Source: Callorhinchus milii
Taxonomy: Eukaryota
Length of the DNA stretch: 64,000 nucleotides
Direction: 5' to 3'
Assembly (NCBI RefSeq): GCF_018977255.1
Contig: NW_024704743.1
Span: forward strand, 11,720,001 to 11,784,000
Below the pieces are notes generated by a model, which was not told the DNA's origin, ran no database searches, and saw only the letters and a list, made by a program, of their open reading frames with translations. Shown one piece after another: positions 12,777-23,559 of the stretch; within the stretch, counting starts at the first letter, position 1; each line of letters begins with the position of its first letter. The position numbers were made by a program, and so were the translations under genes.

Positions 12777-13938
12777 GCAAGTGGTTTGAATCGTGTATTT
12801 ATGTCCTATATTGACAAAAAAATGTATATCATTGGCACATTTTTTGAATTCTGCAGCATAGGACTAAGTGCCACATGGTTTTGTTAAATTAAAATGTATG
12901 TGTACATCTGCTATCAAGTGCACAATAATTCTGTTACAACAAGATTATCATTGCAATACCCAGCCAACATGTGCTTCATCAAAAACAAATTATATTTATA
13001 TAGTGCCTTTCATGTCGGAAGGACGTTCCAAAGTCCTGGACAGTTAAAGGTTTGCACCTGAGCTGGGGCTTGGAATCAAAATGATTTTACATAATCTAAA
13101 GTTTCGCCCACAAATATATAGTCAATACACTTTACAGTCTATTCTGTGAAGCGCTTTGAGACGTCCAGAAGACTTGAAAAGCGCTATATCAAAAGCAAGG
13201 ATTATTATTATAAAGTGCTTTATAATGTTATTCGTTAAGACCCAGGTTAGCTCGAAAGCAAAAGATTCATGTAGATATGGTTTATAGGCATCTCCTCTCA
13301 CTGTAAAGTAGAACCTAAACTGTGAAGTGCATTCTTGTCATCTGAAGATTAGAACTAAAGGGACAACTGGTGAGGATGTTTTAGCTGCTTCTGGTGATTT
13401 GAGGCGACTACACTTTGGGGATGAAATGGCTGTCTTCTTGTGTTGGGGTGGGGAATCGCTCACCACCTTGGGGGAACTAGACTTTTCGTCCATTCCCCCC
13501 ACTGAATTCCACTTTATCTGATCAGTAGTTCAGGAAATGGATTTTGTTGTGGTAGAGGCATCTCCTCAGAGATGATGTACTTGGCAAAGGGAGATTTTTA
13601 ATATGAATATATAGAGCTCAAATATACAATGCCCTTCTCAAGATAGAATCACTGTTCATTTTCAGGGCATCAGGGGAGGGGGAGGGGGGGAAGAGGCAGA
13701 TAAATGGGACTGAATGGATTGTTGTTTCAAATAGCCAGCACAGACTGTGGGCTGGGCTGTTAAAGTCTGAGTTGAGGCCGGTAAGGTAACTTGGTGGCAT
13801 CCAAAAATGTGGGGAGAAGCGATAATTATCTTGTTTTAAATACTTAATTAAATATTATAAGAAAAAAACTGTTCTAATCTGTTCTGTTGTCAAGCAAGCT
13901 TGTAGCAAGTTTAACATTTGTGTTTTGTTCCCTGCTAG

Positions 13939-14045
13939 GCACTGGTGCTAGCCATGACATTGCATGAAAAGGGCAGAGCATTTATGAAGAAGAAAGATTA
14001 TGTTTCAGCACTGCTGTATCTATTGGATGCTGATGCAGAATTTGG
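13939..14045 (+). CDS. NUB1: NUB1 coding exon, phase 0 to 2
   Basis: cctgctag acceptor; [35 protein letters not shown](G), cf. human ALMLAMGYHEKGRAFLKRKEY; GG|GTGATT donor. Confidence 0.95.
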
Positions 14046-14439
14046 GTGATTGTTTTTGTTGTACACTCTCTTCACTGTAATCATACGTTTAAATACTTTC
14101 TCTCATTTGTGCTTTGAAATAGGGCAGAGACAAGCTACATAGTCAATGCTTTAACAGCACTGGGGCAGTATCTGAAAGGAGCTATGTTATCTGATGGCTT
14201 TGATCCTTGATTATGTTATTGGGATGAAAGTAATTGGGAGTTTCTGGATATATTCTTGAAAAGAAAAAAAAATTGCAAGGCTGTGGGAGAGTGGGATCGA
14301 TTGGGTAGCTCTTTCAAAGAGCCGGCACAGGCATGATGGACCAAATTACCTTATTCTGTGCTGTAAGATTCTATGATTTTATGCTCCATGAGCTTTATTT
14401 GGTTGAAAGATGTTGAACAACAATAACCTGCAACAATAC

Positions 14440-14830
14440 AATACAAATTTACATTTATGTAGCGCCTTTCACATCAGGAGGATGTCCCATGATACTGTAC
14501 AAATAGAGTTTTCACCCGAGCTGAGGGGAGGCGTTCCCGAGGAGGTGGAGTTGAGGGGGAAAAATGGCTGAAAGCACTCAAAGAGGAAGGTCTTGATGTG
14601 AACCTTGAAGGAGGCAAGTAAAAGGGGCGAGTTGAAGGGACTCTGGCATGAAGTTCCGGAGAGTGGGTGCAGATACCCAGAAAGCCTGCTCGACAATCGT
14701 GGAGCGAATAGGGCGAGGGCATGGAACAGGCTGAAGCCTGCTGAGTGGAGGCTGCGGCCACATTGGATAACGTTTGAGAGGTCGCACAAGTAAGGTGGGC
14801 AAGAACATTAAGGGATTTAAATGTGAAGAC
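14440..14830 (-). mobile_element. L2 3' fragment
   Basis: 3' tail cgcctttcacatcaggaggatgtccc; RSTIVEQAFWVSAPTL...LASFKVHIKTFLF. Confidence 0.8.
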
Positions 14831-15195
14831 AAAGATTTTGTGGACGGACTATTATTCCAAGGAATAAATAACTCATTTATTAATCATACAGTCTGTTTAA
14901 CAAATCAACCCTTAAATGCATACTTACTTTAATCATTAGAATAAGGGGCAAGTGGAAAACAGCTTTCATGTATTGATCATCAAGAGTAATTTCTTGAGAA
15001 GATGTCTGCACTTTAATATTCAAAGCTTGATAGTACAAGCTCTTGTACAAAATCTGTGTTTGATTTTTGGTCGGGGTAAATTCCACCCTGGGGTCATAAA
15101 TTTGAGCTCTGTGCTTATCCTTTACATTTTGTCAAGGGATTTGAGGTGCGTGTGTTTTGCTCAGCGTTTGTCGCCGTTAATGTGTTGAATGATTA

Positions 15196-16500
15196 TCATA
15201 GAATCATAGAATCATACAACACAAAAAGAGGCCATTCGGCCCATCGAGTCTGTGCCTGCTCTTTCAATAGAGCAATTAATGTCAATCCCACTACCCAGCC
15301 CTTTCCCCATAACCCTGTAAACCTGGCCTCCTCAAATTCCGCGTTTTTAAAAGTTGTTATCGAATCGGCCTCGACCACCCTTTCAGGCAATGCGTTCCAG
15401 ATTCGAACAACTCGTTGCGTGAAAAAATTTCTTCTCACCTCCCCTCTGCTTCATTTAGATACTATTTTAAATCTGTGATCTCGAGTCACCGACACACCCA
15501 CCAGTGGAAACAGTTTTTCCCTTTCTAACCTATCAAATCCCCATATGATTTTGAAGACCTCCATTTAGTCTCCTCGTAACCTTCTCTGCTCCAATGAGAA
15601 TAATCCCAGCCTCTCGTGCCTTTCCTCATAATCAAGGTCCCTCATTCCTGGTACCATCCTCGTAAATCTCCTCTGCACCCTTTCCAATGCCTTAACATCC
15701 TTCCTATAGTGTGGTGCCCAGAACTGGACGCAGTATTCTAACTGACCAGTGTTCATATGGTTATATATTCTATGGGTTTATATGGGTTTATATATTCTAA
15801 CCAGTGTTTATATGGGTTAATCATAACCTCCTGACTCTTTTACTCTATGCCCCTATTTATAAAGCCTAGTATCCCATATGCCCTTTTTACAGCTTTATCT
15901 ACCTGTCCTGCCACCTTCAAGGATTCATTTACCTGAACCCCCAGGTCTCTCTGTTCTTTCACCCCCCCCTTAAGATTGTATTACCAGCCTATATTGCCTC
16001 CCCTCATTCTTTCTTCCAAAATGCATTACCTCACATTTCTCCACATTGAAATTCATCTGCCATATCTCTGCCCATTTGACCATTCTGTCTATGTCTTCCT
16101 GCAGTTGGCTGCTATCCTTCTCACTCTTTACTACCCTACCTAACCTTGTGTTGTCCGCAAACTTGAAAATGGTACTTGCTATACCCACGTCCAGATCATT
16201 TATGTATATTAAGAAGAGCAATGGTCCTAATACCGATCCCTGGGTGACGCCACTGTACACTTCCCTCCAGTCAGAAAAGCAGCCGTTCACCACAACTCTC
16301 TGCTATCTGTCTCCCAGCCAGTTCTGGATCCAAGCTGCCACTGTCCCTTTTATACTATGGGCTTCTATCTTTCTTACAAGTCTTTCATGTGGTACTTTGT
16401 CAAACGCCTTTTGAAAGTCCATATAAATTACATCAACTGCACTACCTTCATCCACCCTCTCCGTTACCTCATCGAAAAATTCTATTAGATTTGTTAGATG
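15196..16500 (-). mobile_element. CR1 LINE 3' half (RT and C-terminus)
   Basis: YMDFQKAFDKVPH, QGSVLGPLLFLIYINDL, LEYCVQFWAPHY, NFFTQRVVRIWNALP; (ATTCTATG)n tail. Confidence 0.93.
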
Positions 16501-17087
16501 ATTTTTAGGCCCATTTTCACCCATTTCAGGGTGAAACCTTGGGCAAGTTTCCTTACTCCACATGCCTAATAATAATTTCTCCAAAACAAAACAATAATAA
16601 ATTGGTCATTTTCAATCCACGACTGTTTGTGGGACATTGCTGTGTGCAATTGGCTGCTGCGTTTCGCCCACAAATATGCAGTCAATTCACTTTACAGTCT
16701 ATTCTGTGAAGTGCTTTGAGATGTTTAGAAAATGTGAAAAGCGCTATATCAAATACAAGGATTATTATTATTATTTTGGGGATGGGGATCCTCTAGGAGA
16801 TGGGGAGCCAGGGGAGCCGGGCAAAGGCAGTGGTGATAGGCTTGCGCAGCCTAGTGTGGGACTTGCACTTAGTGACTTTCAGAACATTTTGAAGGATGGG
16901 GTCAGATGCCGAACAAGGCAGAAGGGGGAGTTGGCCAAACAGGTAGGTTCGAAAGTACCATCTGTTTTAATTGTCTTCCCTTAGGGAGAATCTAATCATT
17001 CTAATCGTTCTTGACACCAATTGACCATGACTATTGGGCAGCTTGCTTTTGCTGTGGCCCCTGTTAATACCAGATATGTTTTTGCAG

Positions 17088-17274
17088 AAAATGTGGCTCT
17101 GAGATTCTGACCATTGTGGATAACTATGCGGTCCTGCAGCTGGAAGTGGTGTGGTGTTACGTTCATTTGGAGCAACTTGACTGTCTCCGTGATGCAGAGG
17201 ATCGACTGAGGCGAGCTCAGACGCGGCTAAACAGCTGCTATGGAGAGAATCTGGAGCGACTCTACAATCTGAAA
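17088..17274 (+). CDS. NUB1: NUB1 coding exon (helical core), phase 2 to 0
   Basis: tttgcag acceptor; [62 protein letters not shown] contains the NUB1 signature [15 protein letters not shown]; AAA|GTTTGT donor. Confidence 0.96.
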
Positions 17275-17429
17275 GTTTGTTTGTGTTTACCTTTACTCCG
17301 AAACCTAAAGGAGTGTGTGGGGGGTGCTTTCCAACTGTTTTTCATTAAGCATGGTAAACGTGGACAGCGATATCAATGGCAAGCATTACAGTTTTAGCTG
17401 GTTAGATTCTAGCTGAGTGGAGGTCCTGA

Positions 17430-17640
17430 GGTCCCCAATTCTTGGCTCTAACCAACCTGCGCCTAATACTTTCTGGAATTAGGTAAGCAGGAGAGCGTCC
17501 CTCCAGGGAGAGAGTGCGCATTCCATTCCAACAATCTATCTGGGATTTCCATGTGCAGGTGGGATGCATGGACTTCTCAGCTTGGTTTGGATACTCTTAA
17601 GCATGGAGTGATGGGTTTCTGTATGTGTCAGACATCTGAC
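17430..17640. repeat. Unclassified dispersed repeat of about 210 bp (other copies 27335-27485 inverted, 32150-32358)
   Basis: Shared core aattaggtaagcagga...tccagggagagagt...ttccattccaacaat...gatttccatgtg in three copies. Confidence 0.8.
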
Positions 17641-17649
17641 TCGAGTGAA

Positions 17650-18617
17650 GATGCCAGGTGGTGAAGTGAGAAGGTCGGAGAAGTAGGGAGGTGCCAGGGA
17701 GTAAATGGATTTGAATATGAGCGTGAGGATCTTGAAGTCAATCTGGGGAGCCAGTGGAGCCTGGCCAGAACTGGTGAGATGGGGGTACGGAGTTTGGTCC
17801 GGGTCAGTATGTGGGCAGCAGAGTTCTGAATGAGCTGGATTTTTTGAATAGTGGAGCTGGGGAAACCGGCGAGGAGTGTGTTTGAGTAATCCAGGGGGAG
17901 GTGACAAACGCATCCACGAGGGTTTCGGCTGCATTTGAGGTAAGGTATGGTTGGAGCCTGGCAATGTGGTGGAGGTGGAGGAAGGTGGTCCTGGTCAAGA
18001 ACTGGATGTGGGGGAGGAAGGACAACTGGGGGTCAAACCGGATGCCTAGATTGTTCACTGGCTTGGTGAGTCTGAGGGAAAGCACAGGGTGGTTGAGGAA
18101 TTCAGATCTGCAGGAATGAAGAGTTTGACAGGAGCCAAGGCTTCCGTCTTGTCCACATTCAGCTGCAGGAAGTTTGCACTCATCCAGGGCCTGATGTCTG
18201 CCAGACAAGCTGATAGAAGATTGGCGGACCTGGAATCGATGCTGGGGGAGGCCAAGTAGATTTGTGTGTGATCTGCAAACATGTGAAAGTTTACCACATG
18301 TCTGCAGATGACATCGCCAAGAGGGAGCATATAGCTGAGGAAAAGAAGGGGGCCAAGAATGGAGTACTGGGGTACCCCACAGGTGACCGGGTGGAGGGAG
18401 AAACCATTTGTCAAAATGAAATGGAGGCGGTTGGTTAAGTAGGACTCGGACCATGCGAGTGTGGTCTCACTAAGGTGGGTGAGGGAAGAGGATGAGGGAA
18501 GAGGTTGAGAAGGATGGCGTGGTTGACTGTTTCGAACGCGGCAGAGATATCCAGGAGGACGAGGAGGCAGAGGGAGCCCTGGTCACAGATAGAGAGGATG
18601 TCATTTGTGACTTTGAC
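17650..18617 (-). mobile_element. Decayed L2 RT fragment
   Basis: VKVTNDIL...LVLLDISAAFETV, SILGPLLFLSYMLPLG, FHMFADHTQIY. Confidence 0.9.
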
Positions 18618-18820
18618 TGTTGTACACTTCAGTCTATTCAGAAATTGAACCATTTCAAGAATTTGAATCAAGGCGTCAACAACACATTTAATATAGGATC
18701 TTTCACATCCACCCGAGTCCCATTCAGTTTCCTATTGAAACCACTTTAGATTTCTTTACACTAGTTGTATTAATCATCCTCTAACTTGTAACTCCCCTAT
18801 CCTCCATTACTCCCGCATTG

Positions 18821-19150
18821 TGGAGTCCTATAGCTCAGTGAGGGCACGTGAGAGACCTGAGCTTGATTCCCGGCAGGGCGAAATGTTAGGCAAGTTTCCT
18901 TATTCCACATGCCTCTGTTCACCTAGCAATAAGATTATTAGTAACTTGGGGATTGCTTTTCTGGGGTTAATAATAATAAATTGGTCACTTCAAACCACGA
19001 CTGTCTGTGGGATACCGCTGTGCGCAATTGGTTGCCAGGTTTCGCCCACAAAATATACAGTCAATTCACTTTACAGTTAATTCTGTGAAGCGCTTTGAGA
19101 CGTTTAGAGGACGTGATAAGGCGCTATATCAAATGCGAGGATTATTATTA
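18821..19150 (+). mobile_element. tRNA-derived SINE
   Basis: tggagtcctatagctcagtg head, gggcaagtttcc body, (TTA)n tail. Confidence 0.85.
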
Positions 19151-19392
19151 ATTACTGGCTGCAATGAATCGTGGGAAATGACAACCTGACCCGTTACTGC
19201 ATGCGCAGAAGAATTTCATTTCCTATTATTCAATGCGATTCCAATGCTTGCTGGTGATGGGAATGTAGTTTTGACCTGTCTCCCCATGTGCACTCAGACT
19301 TCGCGTAAATCATATTAAATGTTATGGTCCCGACTGATGCGACTTTTGAGGACTTTACTGTAATAAGTTGCTGACGTGCTTGGCTTTCACAG

Positions 19393-19500
19393 GGTAACAC
19401 TGCGAAAGAGCAAGTCCTATTCCTGCGTCTGAAGCTTCTTCAGGGAGTGGTGTTGTACCACAAGGGAAAACTGGATGAGACTAACAAGCACCTGAATGAG
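19393..19500 (+). CDS. NUB1: NUB1 coding exon, phase 0 to 0
   Basis: ttcacag acceptor; GNTAKEQVLFLRLKLLQGVVLYHKGKLDETNKHLNE, cf. human GNCGKEKVLFLRLYLLQG; GAG|GTACAG donor. Confidence 0.95.
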
Positions 19501-20014
19501 GTACAGCAGGTTTTAATTCGCGTTCCATTTTCGCCATTTTAACAAGTTTCTGTTCATCTGCTCGACGATTATCAACAATAAAGCACACTGCTATTTAGGA
19601 CTCAGCCTGATTGCACTCTTGCCTCTGACTCAGAACATTGTGGGTTGATGCCCATGAAAGGACTATGAGTCTAGTCTGGGGTGTCACTGCAGGGCATTTT
19701 GTGCAGGAAGGAGCGTGGTGGGGAAGCACATCATTATCGGCAGCACAGTCCTTTGGATGAGATGTTAAGCTGAGAGCCCATCTGCCTGTTTAGACGGACC
19801 CTAAAAATCCAATGTCATTGCCAGAAACAGAAGGGAGTTTCTCTCTCCTGGTGTCATGGCCAACAATCCCCCATACAAAATTGATCATTCACTTCAAAGC
19901 TGTTTATGGTATATTGCCGTACTCAAAATTGACTACCGTGTCTGCCTAGAAAACCTACCAACTATACAGTAAATCGTGTGAGGCACTTTGAGACAGTTCA
20001 GTGTGATAAGGTGC

Positions 20015-20565
20015 ACTGGAGAGGGTGCAAAGGAGATTCACAAGGATGATCCTAGAACTGAGAGGTAATACCTTTCAGGAAAGGCTGAAAATATGTCGAC
20101 TCTTCTCTTGAAAAGAGGAGGGTAAGGGGTGACCTGATAGAGGTTTTTAAAATTATGAAAGGTTTTGATAAGGTAGACATAGGGAAGATGTTTCCACTTG
20201 TGGGGGAGACCCAAACCAGGGGCCATCAATATAAAATAGTTACAAATAGATCAAATAGGAAAGTTAGAAGAAATTTCTTCACATAGAGAGTAATGGGAAT
20301 GTGGAATATGCTACCACAAGGAGTTGTTGAGGCAAATAGCATAGATGTATTTAGGGGAAGCTAGATAGGTACATGAGGGAGAAAGGAATAGGAGGTTATA
20401 ATAATAATAACAATACTTGCATTTGACATAGCACTTTTTCACGTCTTCTAGACGTCTCAAATGCTTGAAGGCTTAGTTGAGGAAGGCCAGGAGGAGGCTC
20501 ATGTGGAACATAAACCAGTTGGGCCGAATGGCCTGTTTCTGTGCTGTATATTCTAATGTATTCTA
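20015..20565 (+). mobile_element. CR1 3' fragment
   Basis: ggggtgacctgatagaggtttttaaaattatg...gggccgaatggcctgtttctgtgctgtatattcta. Confidence 0.85.
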
Positions 20566-20752
20566 ATGTATTAAGTGCAAGGGTTATTATTATTTAAAAC
20601 TGTAGTCATGTATTGTGCTAAAGGAAGGTGTTATCAATAGTTATAGATAATAATATGGGCAGAAATGGCAAACCGTTGAAGGATATTGGATGTCTGAATT
20701 TGTCCAATGTTTTTCATGCACACCTTTCTCTCTTTTGTTCGTCTCTCTTCAG

Positions 20753-20905
20753 GCGGAAATGTTATTGAGGAAGCTTTCTGTGGACGACACAAAGGTGACT
20801 AAGCTTATGACCTTTGGGTTCACAGCCCAGGAGGCACGCCTAGGTTTGCGAGCATGTGAGGATGATATAGAATCAGCTGCATCCCACATCTATCAGCGGA
20901 GAGAG
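20753..20905 (+). CDS. NUB1: NUB1 coding exon, UBA1, phase 0 to 0
   Basis: Long polypyrimidine tract plus cag; AEMLLRKLSVDDTKVTKLMTFGFTAQEARLGLRACEDDIESAASHIYQRRE (GFTAQEARLGLRAC is a NUB1 signature); GAG|GTAACT donor. Confidence 0.97.
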
Positions 20906-21774
20906 GTAACTTTGTCTTTACAATTTCTCCCATTCCTTGGGTCTTCCCCGGCTCTTGCCAATGTTCAGATTACTACTCCTCCTCTTCGACTGTGCCTTCG
21001 GCCACCCTCCTACCCTTCCTACCCTCCCTTATCCCCACCCCCCACTTTGCTTGGGTCAAATCCCTGACTTGGGACGTCCTCCCGACGTGAAAGGTGCTAC
21101 ACAAATGTAATTTTGAATTGTATTGTGCTACAATAACTTGCATTAATATAGCGCATTCCCTTCTCAATCCTCATTGGCTCCCACTTCTCCTTACCCCACC
21201 CCCTCCCCAGCTCGGGTGAAGCTCTTTGAGACATGAAAGGCGCTGTGTTTTGTAGTAAAGGTATGTGATGATTAATTGTCTGCGTTTAATTGTTATTATC
21301 AATTATCTGGGGGAAAAATAAACATTGATGTCAGTTGAAAATTTTAACAAAATAAATAAAAATCTAATGCAGAATAAAGGATTATTATTTTATAATTTTA
21401 TTTAATTTAATGACGTGATAAAGTCACCATATCAAATGCAAGGACAATTATTGTTTTATAGTTAATAAAGAAGTAGTAGTAGTAATCTGTTTAGGCTTTT
21501 AAGGGCCGATTCAAGACCTTTCTCTTCAACCGTGTCTTAGGTTATCTTACCACCAACAACCCTTTCCCTCCACCCCTCTTGACTCCAACCCACAGCATGG
21601 ATGCAAACCCTTAACTGCTCAATTGCTTGGGATGTCATTCCGATGGAAAATGTGCTATAAAAATGCAATTTGTTGTTGTAGTCCTAATCTATTACTACAG
21701 ATTATTTAGTAAAATAGAGTTCTATGACTCACTTATGCTTGCTTTGATTTTTATATATTCTGACCACTTTGCAG

Positions 21775-21924
21775 GATAAAGCTGAAATCAGGAAGAAGGA
21801 GAGGATGGAGAGGAAAAGGAAAAAGCAGGAAGCGATAAACTCTCTGATGGCCAGGGGATTTTCAGAAAACGCTGCCACTAAGGCATTTAGATCAGCAAAT
21901 AATAACTTCAAGCGAGCCCTGGAT
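21775..21924 (+). CDS. NUB1: NUB1 coding exon, basic NLS-like segment plus UBA2, phase 0 to 0
   Basis: tttgcag acceptor; DKAEIRKKERMERKRKKQEAINSLMARGFSENAATKAFRSANNNFKRALD; GAT|GTCAGT donor. Confidence 0.93.
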
Positions 21925-21929
21925 GTCAG

Positions 21930-21941
21930 TATATATGTGTG

Positions 21942-21976
<35 letters not shown>

Positions 21977-21977
21977 T
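21930..21977. repeat. (TG)n(TA)n microsatellite
   Basis: Read directly, a few nt downstream of the donor of exon 21775-21924. Confidence 0.95.
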
Positions 21978-22776
21978 TATAGCGCTCTGAGACGATACCC
22001 TGTATAAAGGGTGCTGTATAAATGCAAGTTGCTGTGATTGTTGTCTTATCTGATAACACCTTTTATTTGATGCCTTTCACGTCAGGAGGATGTCTTGGGT
22101 GCAAATTGTTGATTGTCCAGGGCCTTGGAACGTCCTCCCGATGTGAAAGGTGCTGTACAATTGTTGTTTACAAGCACTTACTGTACTGTAGACTTGAGTG
22201 ACGGTGTAATTATGCCCCCTGTGGAGTTTTGCCTGACTTTGTTCTTGCTAGGAAAACAAACCAATGCAGGTTATGTTTGTATAGGAAACCTTTCACATTG
22301 GGAGAACATGCCCTTAACACGGCTGGTAAGCAAACCAGTGGGGAGGTGGTCCTTGGGAAGGGGAGGTAAGCAGGGTCTCCTTGGAGCTGAGATGGCTGGC
22401 AATGGAATATCAGAATTGAGCCAGCCCTCTGTGGTGGTAACAGTTGTCTGGTCCCTGAACCAAGTGGGTGCAAAGGACTCCTGTGCACTGCTGATGGCAG
22501 CCCAGTTAGGCTGGCTCATTGACAGGACTACATATTTTCGTGTCTTAATTTACGGTATGAAACCTTTGTGCATTACAATCAAAACCATGCTCTACGGCTG
22601 AGTGTCTTGTGTACCGCTATTCTCTTGCAACAGCCACGTGAAATGCTGGTTGATGATTCCCATTTGCTCTACATCAGAAGCCATGTTGTTTGGCTGCCTC
22701 TGCTATGCATGAACCAAGAGTCTTTGAATGTTTTGGTACGGATTTGTTTTAAACCACTTGCAAACTTTCTTTTTAG

Positions 22777-22869
22777 ATACTTGAAAACAGTCCTGAACTG
22801 TCTCATCCAGAGGATGATCTGCCCGGGCCAAGTCACCAAGTCCAAATTACTGAGGAAACTATTAACCAG
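22777..22869 (+). CDS. NUB1: NUB1 coding exon, UBA2-UBA3 linker, phase 0 to 0
   Basis: ttttag acceptor; ILENSPELSHPEDDLPGPSHQVQITEETINQ, cf. human ILLSNP...SQENIDR; CAG|GTATTA donor. Confidence 0.88.
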
Positions 22870-23208
22870 GTATTAAACGTGTTTGTTCTATGGCCGCTTA
22901 CAAACAGTCGTTCACAAACTCATGTTGGTCTATTGTGTTGCTCCATCACACCTCTGTCTTAAATCGTCCAAATTGGAAGTGCGCATTGTGGGATTGCTTT
23001 GCTGTACTGCAAAGGGCTCAATGGAGCAGCCTGGCAAAAAGCTTGCAAAATGTGCAGGATAATCTAGTTAGCAGGTCCGCAAATCCTCGAGTTTGATCTC
23101 TACCATGTCTGATGGAAGTTTGTGCTAATCTGCCAATATCTACTGCTGTCTTTACTTTTGGATTTTATGTTTTTAACAATATTTCATATAATAATAATGA
23201 CAATAATG

Positions 23209-23515
23209 TGGAATCCTGTAGCTCCGTAGTTAGAGCACTCACTTTGCATACAAGAGACCTGGGTTCAATTCCCGGCAGGGTGAGATCTTGGGCAAGTTTC
23301 CTTACTCTACACGCCTGATAATAATCCCTCAAGAAAAAAAAACAATAATAAATTGGTCACTTCAAACCACGACTGTTTGTTGGACACTGCTGTGCGCAAT
23401 TGGCTGCCGCATTTTGCCCTCAACAAAATACAGTCAATTCATTTTACAGTCTATTCTGTGAAGCGCTTTGAGACGTCTAGAAGCCGTGAAAAGTGCTATA
23501 TCAAATTATTATTAT
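23209..23515 (+). mobile_element. tRNA-derived SINE
   Basis: A-box tagctccgtagt, B-box ggttcaattcc, conserved body. Confidence 0.88.
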
Positions 23516-23559
23516 AATATTTGAAGTGGCGATTGGCAATCCATGTTCTATCTGGCTTC

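Noticed and set aside
22113..23096. ORFs of 162, 102 and 68 aa in a NUB1 intron
   Set aside because: No recognisable motifs; one begins in an L2 tail, and the true exon 22777-22869 uses a different frame from the listed 102-aa ORF.
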